Positions 13,151-26,484 of a DNA stretch of 64,000 bases are shown here, piece by piece. Each line of letters opens with the position of its first letter. Positions within the stretch are counted from its first letter, which is position 1. A model generated the notes under the pieces. The model did no database searches. It was not told the origin of the DNA and saw only the letters and a list, made by a program, of their open reading frames with translations. The stretch covers positions 22,320,001 through 22,384,000 of the forward strand of contig NC_043017.1 in the NCBI RefSeq assembly GCF_006345805.1. The letters are read 5' to 3'. Made by a program: the position numbers and the translations under genes. The DNA comes from Octopus sinensis (Eukaryota).

Positions 13151-14204
13151 CAATAGCATTCGATTACATTGTTAGAAATTAAGTATTCGATATAAGCATG
13201 TCAAAACATAACTTGTGACAGCATTTATATCTTCCTAATGGTATTCACTTTTGATATCATGTAAGACAGTGTGTATAGTTGGGTTATACAGTCAAATAAG
13301 CTAATCCCTGTGGTGTCAATGATTCATCTTTTTCCTTTACTTACTGCTGTGTTAAGTCAAAACCAGAAAGTTTCTTAAATCAGAAAAATCAAAAGGAGTA
13401 GCAAACTAACATTTCTAGTAACAGACAGGCAAAACTACCCCCAGAAACACTAAATGAAATAGGGTATATGGTTTGTGTGAAAGTAAGAGATAAGGTGTGG
13501 GATCTAGGTTAGAGAGAAAACATTGGATGTTTGAGAAGAAGGGCAAAAACTGTCTTGGGGATTTGGGCTTATTTTTATTCCCTTTTTTTTTTTGGTATCA
13601 TTGTTAAGCATAAAGAGCAATGATATGTGGTTAGGTCACAGAAGCCCCCAGTCTGGAAACCAGGTCCAGATTCTAACAACAAAATGAGACACACAAGGGT
13701 CATATGGTGGTGTTAAACCAAGTAGTTTGGTACAGCTCTGAACCCCTTAAAAAATTAAATGGACCACTCAGCTTACTAGTCATCACACAATCTTTCAAAC
13801 ATTGTTTTGATAACAGTAACAAGCAAAGTACAAGTGCAAGCCAACATTGGTATCTTATGAGATGAAAAGAAAAACTCTACTAGTTCACTCAAAATGCTAG
13901 AAATTGTAACTAATATCCATAAAAATTACACCGTGTTGTCTAAAAAATGGTAAAGTTAATATCATTGAAAGGACAAAGGTGGCATGATGGCAGATTAGTG
14001 ACCACACTGGGCAAAATGCTCAACAGCATTTCGTCTGTCTTTAGGTTCTGTATTCAAAGTTTGCCAAGGTCAGTTTTGCCTTTCATCCTATCAGGATCAA
14101 TAAAATAAGGACCAGTTGAGTACTGGAATCAATGTAAATCAACTTACCACATCCCCTAAAATTGCTGCTGGCCTTGTGCCAAAATTTAAACCAATATTAT
14201 TTAA

Positions 14205-14395
14205 CCCTTTCGCTCTGTAGTACAAAAGTTTTGTTTTCATAAATTTTGAATTAAAATCTTCCACCAAACCTTAGTCGCAATTTATGTTCCTAACACTAGC
14301 TGAATGATAGCTAAGTTATTTTACTAAATTCTTTTATATTTAAAGTAATTGAAAGAAATACAGAACATCTCAAAATAAATACAGTAACGTAAGGG
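14205..14395. mobile_element. piggyBac-like MITE
   Basis: TTAA|CCCTTTCG...CGTAAGGG|TGAA. Homologous in opposite orientation to 31518-31735. Confidence 0.6.
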
Positions 14396-15274
14396 TGAAA
14401 GGATGTTGATTGGAAACTAAAACAACCAGGGAACATGAAGCTAGCACTGATTTCTGTTCTTCAAGATTAGCTTTTGTCATTGTGGTTGATCACTAATCTA
14501 CTTCTGAAAGTCATACAAATCACAAGCTCACATTTCCTAAAGTCTCAAATCTTATACATTTAATTCCGTTTTCGTTTCTCATCCTTCTGGGATGAAACTC
14601 AAGGAAAATAAATACTAGTCAAGCACTGAGGGGGTTGATGACATTGATAAAATAAGCACCAAATTATTACTGGTATTAATTAAATTGACTTCACACATTT
14701 CTGTAAAAATGTTAACGCTTGTATCTATGTAAGAAATCATCAGTGTTATTATCGTTGAAATGATTTCCATTGGGAATCAGAACAACTATGAGAATAATGA
14801 AAAAAATTAATGGCTTTTCACAGTAGCATGAAATGTAAGATTATTAAGGGAGTGCTAAAATTAATGTCGATGCTTTTTGCAAAGAGAAATTACTTTCGTT
14901 TAATCATAGACTTAGTTCACCTAACTCTTTGCACCCAAAACAACATTTCTTAGAACTTTCTTTAGCAAAAAGAAAAAAGAACTCTGTAATATTTCTGCAA
15001 CAGGATTTAATAAAATCTCTCTGTTGACATCAACTTAGTCTATAAAATTCTAATTAAATTTCTCTACCTTGCCAAAAAGGAGAAGAGAAAAAGGTTTGGA
15101 AGAGTTCTTTGATTTTTTTTTTCTTACGGAATAAATAATCAAAGTTCTCGCTTACAAAGATAATAAAATAGATCCAAGGTGAAATATAAACAATAGATTA
15201 TTATCTCCTTCTTCTGTATACATCTTAAAAAGAATGAACAGCTTTTATTTAGCATTGTAAAATATATTGCTGCA

Positions 15275-15338
15275 GTGTGTGTGTGTGCACATGTATGTAT
15301 GTATGTATGAGAGAGAGAGAGAGAGAGAGAGTGAGTGA

Positions 15339-15389
<51 letters not shown>

Positions 15390-15546
15390 TGTGTGTGTGT
15401 GTATGTGAGAGAGAGAGAGAGAGAGACAGAGTGTGTGTGTGTGTGTATGTGTGTGTGTGTGTATGTGTGTGTGAGAGAGAGAGACAGAGACAGAGTGTGT
15501 GTGTGTGTGTGTGTGTATGTGAGAATGAGAGAGAGAGAGAGACAGA

Positions 15547-15580
<34 letters not shown>

Positions 15581-15612
15581 CAGAGGCAGAGTGTGTGTGT
15601 GTGTGTGTGTGA
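15275..15612. repeat. (GA)n/(GT)n compound microsatellite
   Basis: Direct reading. Confidence 0.95.
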
Positions 15613-16110
15613 GTTTGAAGTGAATGAAAGTAATTCCAAGTTTGGAGTAATTCTCATGCTGTCACAGAACTAATGATCTCGTTTTAAATGAATTTCGATT
15701 TTAGATCGATTTTGTTTTCCCTTTTGTTTCTGGTTTTTATTTCAATATCTTAATATATAGAAGTGTTTGTATGTATTTACACGTGTATATATGTGTTTGT
15801 GTAATTGTATGTACTTACACGTGTACATATTAATGCATGAAGGTAACAGCTTTATACCCCGGTAGGTGAAACATTATATAACAGTATATATTTTCAAGAA
15901 GGTCACTGGCTAAGCTAACAATACATATCATAATTTATGCTAATAATATGTATTATTATTTATGCTAATAATATGCATTATTTATGCTAACATATAGCTT
16001 TAATTATGCTAATATATACATCATTTATGCTCACATGTACCATTATTTATGCTGAGTATATGTATCATTGCTTGTTTCCATTGATTTTTAAAATTGCTGA
16101 TACTATCTGC

Positions 16111-16521
16111 CTCTCTTTACTCTTTTTACTCTTTTTACTTGTTTCGGTCATTTGACTGCGGCCATGCTGGAGCACCGCCTTTAATCGAGCAACTCGACCC
16201 CAAGACTTATTCTTTTTGTAAGCCCAGTACTTATTCTATTGGTCTCTTTTGCCGAACCGCTAAGTATCGGGGACACAAACACACCAGCATCGGTTGTCAA
16301 GCAATGCTAGGGGGACAAACACAGACACACAAACACACACACATATATATATGTACATATATGCGATGGGCTTCTTTTCAGTTTCCATCTACCAAATCCA
16401 CTCACAAGGCATTGGTCGGCCCGGGGCTATAGCAGAAGACACTTGCCCAAGATGCCACGCAGTGGGACTGAACCCGGAACCATGTGGTTGGTTAGCAAGC
16501 TACTTACCACACAGCCACTCC
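16111..16521 (-). mobile_element. SINE family A, full length
   Basis: Homology to the other copies. Confidence 0.93.
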
Positions 16522-16661
16522 TATCATCTGCCTGTTGTGAATCCTTATAGAAGTGTTGTTTTTCTAGTGACAGGGCAGGATATGAACTCACATTGCAGCA
16601 ACTCAGAACAAATAATACAAGATACTTCATCCCACACTCTAACACTTCTGCCAATCCACAA

Positions 16662-16831
16662 CATGTTGCATTCAAACCATCATGTTGCATTCATGTTGCA
16701 TTCAAACCATCAAGTTGCACTCATGTTGCATTCAAACCATCATGTTGCATTCATGTTGCATTCAAACCATCATGTTGCATTCATGTTGCATTCAAACCAT
16801 CATGTTGCATTCATGTTGCGTTCAAACCATC
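16662..16831. repeat. 30-bp minisatellite, about 5.7 units
   Basis: Unit CATGTTGCATTCAAACCATCATGTTGCATT with few substitutions. Confidence 0.92.
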
Positions 16832-17199
16832 CCAAAGGTAGTTCAAACAGAACTTCATAAAGAATACACACAAAAACAAAAATAATAGCCAAATATAGAA
16901 TTTCAAAAAAAATATTACATGTATATTCTTTTATTTTTTGGAGAAAAACATGCCTTTTTTTTTTCTTTCAAAATACTTTAGAAACTTACGTAATTAAGGT
17001 AAATGAATTATATTTCTTTTTTAATCAGTAACTGTTTCTGAAAATCTATTGCAGTGCTTGAGGTTATATAATATTCTTAAATTTTCTTAGAAATTAAGAA
17101 GCATCAGAAAATGCAACATAAACCTATGACATTTTGCTTGAAAAGATGTGGCCCTAAGCTATGCTTCGGCTACCTTGGTGCAAAACTGTGGCCTGTAAC

Positions 17200-17230
17200 T
17201 TGGAACTTGTGTGATTATATATATGTGTGT

Positions 17231-17265
<35 letters not shown>

Positions 17266-17373
17266 TGTATATGTATAGATCAATCAATAAACACACACAG
17301 ATTGACAGACAGACAGACAGATAGATAGATAGACAGACAGATAGATAATAGATAGATGGACAGACAGACAAGC

Positions 17374-17416
<43 letters not shown>

Positions 17417-17465
17417 CAGGCAGACAGACAGACAGACAGACAGATAGACAGATGGACAGATACAC
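17200..17465. repeat. (GACA)n/(GATA)n microsatellite
   Basis: Direct reading. Confidence 0.95.
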
Positions 17466-17562
17466 ACACATACAGGCTCAAACACATGGAGTAGAGTGTA
17501 TACTAATGGAATTCATTTACAGAATCAAAGTGTGTGTGTGTATAGTCACAGGCATGCAAAAA

Positions 17563-17600
17563 CTGTCCGATGAACGGCAACGGGAAACTCAGAGTAACAG
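17563..17600 (+). ncRNA. Minimal hammerhead-like motif with U4C core (family H2)
   Basis: CTGT-CCGATGA-A-CGGCAACGG-GAAA-CTCAGAGT-A-ACAG. Stem I is CTGT/ACAG, stem III is pseudo-palindromic, stem II is weak. Confidence 0.45.
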
Positions 17601-17655
17601 GTTTTGTTGAATTTTCTGCTGCTTTAAATAAAGTATATATATATATATATATTTC

Positions 17656-17910
17656 TGTGCCGGTGGCACGTAAAAAGCACAAGCCGATCGTGGCCGCTGC
17701 CAGACTCCCCTGGCACCTGTGTCAGTGGCACGTAAAAAGTACCCACTACACTCACGGAGTGGTTGGCGTTAGGAAGGGCATCCAGCTGTAGAAACACTGC
17801 CAGATCAGACTGGAGCCTGGTGCAGCCTCCTGGCTTCCCAGACCCTGGTCGAACTGTCCAACCTGTGCTAGCACAGAAAACGGACGTTAAACGATGATGA
17901 TGATGATGAT
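17656..17910 (+). mobile_element. SINE/LINE-tail family B
   Basis: GGTTGGCGTTAGGAAGGGCATCCAGCTG...GGACGTTAAAC(GAT)n. Confidence 0.88.
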
Positions 17911-18569
17911 ATATATTTATATATTCATATGTATATATATATATTTAGAGAGAGAGAGAGGGAGAGAGGGAGGGAGAGAGATACATTTACGTGCGTATGA
18001 AAAGAAACATACATGCATGTATGTACGTATATACCTCTCCATTCAACACAAACAGTTTACATGGAAGAAAGTAAACAATGCAAAATTCTCCATAAGAAAG
18101 ATCTCAAATGAAATGGTAAATCTGATAAGAGATTACAGGATCTTGCAAACAAAGCCAAATAAATATACAAGAAATGACAGAGGCAGAGGTGGATGGAGCG
18201 AAGCATGGAGAGTGTGGTGGATATCTCCTAATTCCTCAAACAAGGCTTCTAATTCTTAATGTGATAATATTCTATCAAATATTTTATCAATATTGTTAAA
18301 ATGCGTTGCAGTTTGCTTGTTTATGTTGCATCTTTGCGTATTCTTTATTTCTTATATTAATTTTATTTTCGTCGTTAAATTTCCACTGCTAATTTGATTA
18401 TTGGAATATTTCTGGTTGATATTAACTCCCTTATATGAATATCAGATGTAGAAGAGGGCTAAATTAAAAGCCTTATAATCATAGATTAGCGAGGGGTGGA
18501 GAAAAAAAAAACCATATCAATTTCATATCCTGATGGCTATCACATATTCTTGGAAAGGAAAACAAAGTG

Positions 18570-18683
18570 CATGTGTGTGTGAGTGTGTGTGTGTGTGCAC
18601 GCATGTGTGCATGCATTGATATAATTTTGCATAATATATGCACTAAAATACACATGTTTACATATGTACACACACACTCAAAC

Positions 18684-18714
<31 letters not shown>

Positions 18715-18890
18715 AAGCATATATATACACACATATATACATACATATATATATATACATATGCATATATTTGTAGATATATATATTTATACATACATAT
18801 ATAGACATACACACACACATATATACACTTGTAATTCAGCTGTTTGTAATATGCATACACACATATATGCATACATAAATATTCTATATA

Positions 18891-18935
<45 letters not shown>

Positions 18936-19060
18936 TATATATATATATTATATTCATATATATATATATATATATATATACATACATATGTATGTATGTT
19001 CGTATCTGTGTGTGTATATATATATATATGTGTGTGTACACACACATACACATTCATTCA
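18570..19060. repeat. (TA)/(CA) microsatellite block
   Basis: Direct reading. Confidence 0.95.
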
Positions 19061-19353
19061 TTCCATTATACATACACTCACAACACAATCGCACTTACCT
19101 ACATAAAACAAAAACAAAAAAAATAGTAAGTAAATATTTGTAAATAAACTAAATTGATAAAATTATCAAGAAACTGATGTAGATCTGATATGAGACTTCA
19201 GCATTCAACTCTATCCAAGAGATATGATTAAAATAGCGACTTTGATTTCATCAGAAAATTATGGAAATACGTATCATTATTTGATTTATAGAGTTGTAAA
19301 TTAAATTACGATCGCTTGATGGCTGTGTAAGCAGGTATATTACTCCGTGTTTA

Positions 19354-19384
<31 letters not shown>

Positions 19385-19701
19385 TGAAGAGTGTGTGTGT
19401 GTTAAAATATGAAGAGTGTGTGTGTGTTAAAATATGAAGAGTGAAAAATATATTTATTTCAGTGTGGTTATCTATCTGATGGTATTCTTGTATTTTGGAG
19501 TCGCTTACATTTATCAATGTGTGTGTGTTTGAAGATCGTATTCAGCAAGTGTTTCCCACACGTATTTCTGTGTATAGAAATGCCCATGTTTGTGCTTGAA
19601 TGTATACAGGTGAATAAATAAATACAAGAAAGAACAAGCAAAAATGTAAAAGGTATGCATGTGTGCATGTCTAGAAGCATGTATATAAGTAATGTCTGAT
19701 C

Positions 19702-19769
19702 ATAAAGCAACCAATAGTTTCACATCCACGAAAACTGTAGCTTTGTAGACAACTCATCAGGTTCTACCC
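19702..19769 (-). ncRNA. Type I hammerhead ribozyme, copy 1 (family H3)
   Basis: Minus strand: GTAGAAC-CTGATGA-GTTGTCTACAAAGC(TACA)GTTTTCGTGGATGT-GAAA-CTATTGGT-T-GCTTTAT. Stem I pairs 6 of 7, stem II is long, stem III is pseudo-palindromic. Confidence 0.7.
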
Positions 19770-20083
19770 AAAATTAAATTCTCACCGATCGGAAGTGGAA
19801 AGATGTTACAGTCAATGGTCAAAAAGACGCCAGAGAATGAAAATCCCAGTGATAGTGAGGATGGGTTTTCTCTCCTAGACCAGTTATTTGGAGAGGTGAA
19901 TAAAGAATCTATCCTTTTGAATGGATCGTAGGCACTCTTCTGATCTTAGCCAGTGAATGGGGAATCCCATGCTTGTAGCAGGCAGCACTTGAAACAGATG
20001 CATGGTGTGAAGATTTCTTGGTGAGTGTTCAGTGACTCAGGTCTTAGGGAGTCTTTAAGCATGTATATACGTAATGTCTGGTC

Positions 20084-20151
20084 ATAAAGCAACCAATAGT
20101 TTCACATCCACGAAAACTGTAGCTTTGTAGACAACTCATCAGGTTCTACCC
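20084..20151 (-). ncRNA. Type I hammerhead ribozyme, copy 2 (family H3)
   Basis: Identical core, 382 bp from copy 1. Confidence 0.7.
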
Positions 20152-20329
20152 AAAATTAAATTCTCACCGATCGGAAGTGGAAAGATGTTACAGTCAATGG
20201 TCAAAAAGATGCCAGAGAATGAAAATCCCAGTGATAGTGAGGATGGGTTATCTCTCCTAGACCAGTTATTTGGAGAGGTGAATAAAGAATCTATCCTTTT
20301 GAATGGATCGTAGGCACTCTTCTGATCTT

Positions 20330-20700
20330 AGCCAGTGAATGGGGAATCCCATGCTTGTAGCAGGCAGCACTTGAAAGATGTATGGTGTGAAGATTTCTTG
20401 GTGAGTGTTCAGTGACTCCGGTCTTAGGGAGTCTTTAAGTATCCTAGTTTACTCAGCTATGCAGGGTTTGCATACATTGATGTAGGGCCCCGCCATTCTA
20501 AGATCTTTCACTTGATGTCATATGGGGTCCCTTGATGTCATATGGGGTACTACACATGGTTGGCCAGGGACATGACAAATCATTTTTCTGAGACTCTGAA
20601 TAAGGACCTGTGGTTGTACAAGTGTTGCTTGAATGGCATACCAGCTGATCTGATGTATTTCCAGACTTGGGTGATGGCTGTGTTCACATTACTGTTATAT
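20330..20700 (-). pseudogene. Penelope-like element GIY-YIG endonuclease remnant (Neptune-like)
   Basis: KYIRSAGMPFKQHLYNHRSLFRVSEK (20660-20583), then SLANHV...YDIK*KILE...VCKPCIAE*TRILKDSLRPESLNTHQEIFTP, matching the PLE endonuclease C-terminal pattern. Confidence 0.75.
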
Positions 20701-21179
20701 TTCAAGATGGCCATTTTCATTTTTCTTGCCAAATAAACAGATGCACTATATATTCGTTCTTCACTTGTTTATTATTGTTCTTGTTCTTATTTTATGCCCA
20801 ATGTTATCCACCATCTTTCCAACAACTTTTGCCATCTTTTTGAATTCAATACCTCTATCACAAGTAGACATATTTATTAAATCGAAAAATAGCAAAGCAT
20901 GCATGACTTTCAGATATATTTTTCATGCTCAGAATTGCTAAAGTATAAAATAAACTCCCCAATGTGAGTTGAGCTGTTTAGTAACAGAGTGTTGTAAGCA
21001 ACCACCCTGGCCATTTTCGGGGTTAGTATATGATTTTCTTTGTCTCAATATCTAGAATCTGAAAAAGTTGAGAGCAAAAACTGCTGAGGTTTGCAAGTGA
21101 ATTAACTGCAGCCAGTGAGTAACATCAATATACAACCATTCTCTGGTTCCTTTACATTAACACAGTAAAACAAATTCAC

Positions 21180-21344
21180 TATATTTGGAGTGTGTATAGG
21201 GGGTGGATGGACAGAGGGATATATAGAGACAGATATTGAAAGACAAAATAAATATAGATAGATGGATAATCATGTAGCTGTGAGTATTTCAATACAGTTT
21301 TTGCTTCTTCATGCAAAATTATTATTTGACAGTTGTTGTGTGAG

Positions 21345-21396
<52 letters not shown>

Positions 21397-21579
21397 TACA
21401 TACACATATATATATATACATTACATACCTATATATACATACATACATATATATACATACATACATATATATACATACATACATATATATACGTACATAC
21501 ATACATACATATATATACGTACGTACATACATACATACATATATATACGTACATACATACATACATACATATATATACG

Positions 21580-21627
<48 letters not shown>

Positions 21628-21717
21628 CATACATATATATACATACATACATACATATATATACGTACATACATACATACATATATATACGTACATACAT
21701 ACATACATATATATACG

Positions 21718-21751
<34 letters not shown>

Positions 21752-21866
21752 CATACATACATACATACATATACATATATATATATGCATAAATACAACC
21801 ACATACATATATACATACACACACACATATATTTATACACATATAGATAGATATCATATATACATA

Positions 21867-21900
<34 letters not shown>

Positions 21901-21920
21901 TATAGATAGATATTATATAT
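21180..21920. repeat. (TA)/(TACA) microsatellite block
   Basis: Direct reading. Confidence 0.95.
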
Positions 21921-22078
21921 GTGTATCCTAAATCAGCAGTTTCTCTATCCATTTCACTATCTAACAGTAATTCATATTTGCTTCTCTATGAATCTATTAT
22001 TCACTTCAACTTAATCATAGTATCCAAACACCCAATTTTTCTTCATAGTCTGTCGATCTCATTCCGGAGACAAAGAGT

Positions 22079-22200
22079 CTATTTCAGTAATACATTCCAT
22101 TTATTTTGTCTGATCTCTCTGGCCACTAATTGTTGTTGAACGCAAATATCATCCAAGTACCGAAACAACATTCCAAAGCACTTTCTGTGACTATAAATTA
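22079..22200 (-). pseudogene. Possible PLE reverse-transcriptase remnant
   Basis: FRYLDDI motif at 22165-22145, on the same strand as and upstream of the GIY-YIG remnant. Other RT motifs not seen. Confidence 0.35.
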
Positions 22201-23109
22201 GTAGATACCATTTGTTGCAAAGTTCTATGTCAGATGCTAATAGCATCAAATCAAGAGGATTTTTCTCTGGTTCCTTTACATTAACACAGTAAAACAAAGC
22301 CAGACTGTTTTCAGACTTGGCTGGAAACTGGTGGTAACCAGTGAGTGTGCATGGATAAAAATAACACATGTCCATGTATGTGTGCATGTGATTTGCATCA
22401 TTCAATTACCATCATTCTAATTGATACACATTTTTATTTGTTCTTGTAGACAATGCAATAAAATGAAATACTATCAATGGTTTTATTGTGTGCTGTATCG
22501 AAAATTATATATTCTAGGATACTGGGAATCCCTGTGCTGTATCGAAAATTATATATTCTGAGATACATTACATTTACCGGGAATTTTTAGATCTTTTTTT
22601 TATATTTTTACCCATTTTGAAACAATCTTGTGTGAAATTCTCTCACTCTTGCAAACTAAGACAATTACCATGTTTCTTTCTTTTTTAATTCTTCTACAAA
22701 GTTGCATCTTGTTAACCCTTTTCTTAAAATGTTTTTGTTGGAATACACAGTTTTTGTTTCAATTAGTTTTGAAAATAAGGAAGAAACAAGAATTTCATAA
22801 AATTTTGTTTCAATTATTGTTATACTTTGGGATGGTCCTTTTCCCCCCTTTTTTACCATCCATTCGTTCTTCACTTTGTTTCATAAACATGTCCATCATC
22901 TGGAAACCTTTCGTCATACATCTGTGACCTCTGCAGTGACCCTTTCCATCTATGTGTCATAGACATACAGATGCAAAGACACACAGGCTACAAAAAACAA
23001 TACCTATAGCCATCTTAGAATTGAAGAGGGAACATGTTCACAAGGCCTCTAATTTTTCAGAACAGCGTAGTGCTTGAGAGCTATTTGAACACTTAACTAC
23101 TACATGAAA

Positions 23110-23360
23110 ACCACTAGTGCATGTGCCACGTAAATAGCACCTGTGCTGGTGCCATGTAAAATGCACCAAGTGCACTTTGTGAAATGGTTAGCATTAGGAA
23201 GAAGGGCACCCAGCCTGCAGAAACCTTGCCAAAACAGAGGACTGAAGGCTGGTGCAGCTCTCTGGCTTGCCAGCTCCTGTCAAGTCGTCCAACCCATGAC
23301 AGCATGGAAAATGAACGTTAAATGATGACTGTGATGATGATGATAATGATGATGATGATG
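23110..23360 (+). mobile_element. Family B, degenerate
   Basis: Homologous body with a (GAT)n tail. Confidence 0.75.
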
Positions 23361-23469
23361 GATGCTGTTTATATCGCTGACCTCAGAAAGATAGAAGGCA
23401 GAGACAGCCTGGGAGGAATTTGAACTTTGAATGTAGAGAAATGCAGTGAAATACCACAAGACATTTTAA

Positions 23470-23543
23470 CTGCCAACATACAAACAACAGCAACAACAAC
23501 AGTAATAATAATAACAATAATAATAATAATAATAACAATAATG

Positions 23544-23574
<31 letters not shown>

Positions 23575-23645
23575 TAATAAAAATAATAATATTGATAATA
23601 ATGATAATAATAATAATAATAATGCATAATACATAATAATGGTAA
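23470..23645. repeat. (AAT)n microsatellite
   Basis: Direct reading. Confidence 0.95.
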
Positions 23646-23989
23646 TGATACAAATAACATAATGGGAAATGTTTGTTGTATCATGTGACTGTTTCCAAAA
23701 TGTCATCAGATTTAAGGATTAGAAGAAATGAAAGTCTTTCAGAGATGTTCTTGTTGTTATGTTGTATTTAGGTTTCTTCATTTGGTAGGAAGTCATCGGA
23801 AGCAAATAAACCATAGTGGACTCAGAAGAAAGACTCTTATTACATTCATTTCGAGTTATTGACAAAAAGAGACAAAACAACAAAAATGATCCTAAGTAGG
23901 AAGGAAGGAAGAGAAGAAAAGTCGAAAACGAAACTGAAAGTAGAAAGAACAAAATCTGAAAAAATAAATTTTAAAATATCAAAAAAATA

Positions 23990-24875
23990 TTTAATGTGTG
24001 CGAGTGTATGCGTGTGTGTGTGTGTGAGTGTGTGCATGTGTGTGTGAGTGTGTGCATGTGTGTGTGAGTGTGTGCATGTGTGTGTGTGTGAGTGTGTGTG
24101 TGTGTGTGTGCATGTGTGTGTATGAGTGTGTGCATGTGTGTGTGAGTGTGTGCATGTGTGTGTGTGAGAGTGTGCATGTGTGTGTGTGAGTGTGTGCATG
24201 TGTGTGTGTGAGTGTGTGCATGTGTGTGTGTGAGTGTGTGCATGTGTGTGTGAGAGTGTGCATGTGTGTGTGTGCGTGTGTGGGGGTTGCATGTTGTGTG
24301 TTTAATATATATGTATATATATATAATGTTATGTGTGTATATATATCTGTACGCTTATAAGTATATCTCTATGTGTGTGTACGCACGTGTGTGTGAGTAT
24401 ATATGCACCTTGTGTATGTATGTATATATATATATATATATATATGTATATACGTATGTATGTATGTATGTATGTATGTATGTATGTATGTATGTATGTA
24501 TATATGTATGTATGTATGTGTGTGTGTGTATGTATGTGTGTGTGTATGTATGTATGTATGCATGTATGTACAGAGTGAGAGAGAGATAGAGAGATAAAGT
24601 AGATGAAATGTGGAATTTATGATTTTAGATTTAGAAATAAACAAAGGAAGAAAGAAAATCAAAATAATAGTTAAGTATTTAAGTATTTTCAGAATAGAGG
24701 AAGTCGACCACTGAAGGATGGAAAGAAACATTTCAGGTGAATTTTGTATGAATGGAGATATACATATGTGTGTGTGTGGGGGGGGGGTGTATCTGTGTGT
24801 GTATATGTGTGTGTGTGTGTGTATGGAAACAAATAGTTCAGGTGTATTTTATATGAAAGGATATATATATATACG

Positions 24876-24919
<44 letters not shown>

Positions 24920-24950
24920 GTGTATATATATATATGTGTATATATTATAT

Positions 24951-24981
<31 letters not shown>

Positions 24982-25015
24982 TATATATATGTGTATATAT
25001 ATATATATATATGTG

Positions 25016-25046
<31 letters not shown>

Positions 25047-25440
25047 AGCATATACATATGTATATGTGTGTGTATATATATGCAAGCATATACATATATA
25101 TGTGTGTTTGTATATGAGAGAGAGAGAGAGAGACTATGTATGCTTGTAAGAATGTATACAGATTTATATATATATATAAGCATATACATATGTGTGTGTG
25201 TGCGCGCGCACACACATATACGTATTCAGAGATGAGAAAGCTATTTTACATACGGCAAGATAGATACAAAGAGGAAGAGATAAGCACACAAAAATATATA
25301 TATCTACAAAGATAGTTGAATGATAACAAAACATACAGATATACAGATACACAAAGAATAAGACCAGTGTGACAACAAAACAAACAGGTTGGCTGGCTGG
25401 TTGGTTGGTTGGTTGGTTGGATGAAAGAAGTGAGTGGAGG

Positions 25441-25472
<32 letters not shown>

Positions 25473-25505
25473 CATATATATGTATATATATATAATATAT
25501 ATATA

Positions 25506-25548
<43 letters not shown>

Positions 25549-25592
25549 GTATGTATATATATATATTATAATATATATATATTATATGTATA

Positions 25593-25643
<51 letters not shown>

Positions 25644-25693
25644 GTATATATATATGTATATATATATATATATCTATATATATATATATAGTA

Positions 25694-25726
<33 letters not shown>

Positions 25727-25745
25727 GATATGTATATATATATAT

Positions 25746-25803
<58 letters not shown>

Positions 25804-25894
25804 TATATATATATATATATATACGTATATATATATGTATATACATATATATATACATATATATATACATATGTATATATATACATATATATAC

Positions 25895-25927
<33 letters not shown>

Positions 25928-26012
25928 CATATATATACATATATATGTATATATATATACATATATTATATATATATATATACATATATATATACATATA
26001 TATATATATACA
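23990..26012. repeat. Large microsatellite/minisatellite field: (GTGTGCATGTGTGTGA)-like units, (TATG)n and very long (TA)n
   Basis: Direct reading; interrupted by short unique spacers. Confidence 0.92.
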
Positions 26013-26484
26013 GAAAGTGAAGTGATGTGACATATGAGGAAAATTGGAAATCCTTCTGCTAAGACTTAGAGGTTCGAAAAGGATCAATTTTTATTATTTA
26101 TTCACCAGAACAGGGGCTTCAGCGCAGCTATGAAGATTATCTAAACATTTATTTTAGTTTAGGATTATCTCAGCTCACATCATGTTGCTAAATCTAGCTT
26201 AGATTTCATAGCAACTGAAGAGAGACAGCCTGACTAGTTAGATGTATAATGTTTGCTTCATACAGGAGCTTTTTGAAAGTGTTTTGAAAAAAAATAGTTG
26301 AAAGAAAAGGACTGTGTTGAAACAGTTTTAGTTCACAGGTGAAAAAAAAAATGACTTTGTTTACATAAAACGGGTTCTGTAAAGGATAGTACGTGCTATC
26401 CATCATCATCATTGCTTTTATGCTTGCTAATTTCATGCTGGCATGGGTTGGACAAGATTTGATGAGTTGCTATTTGATGGCTAG

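Larger units (their letters stand above)
19675..20439 (-). repeat. Two tandem copies (382 and ~380 bp) of a PLE 3' end/pLTR
   Basis: Copies start at 19675 and 20057 and differ by about 6 substitutions and one 2-bp indel. Confidence 0.93.

Noticed and set aside
22489-22566. 27-bp direct repeat with a 44-bp period, superficially CRISPR-like
   Set aside because: Only two copies in a eukaryotic context with no cas genes; a simple local duplication.
23683-23712. Minus-strand CTGATGA-CATTTTG-GAAACAGTC resembling an HHR
   Set aside because: Stem II is only 2 bp and stem I does not pair; likely chance.
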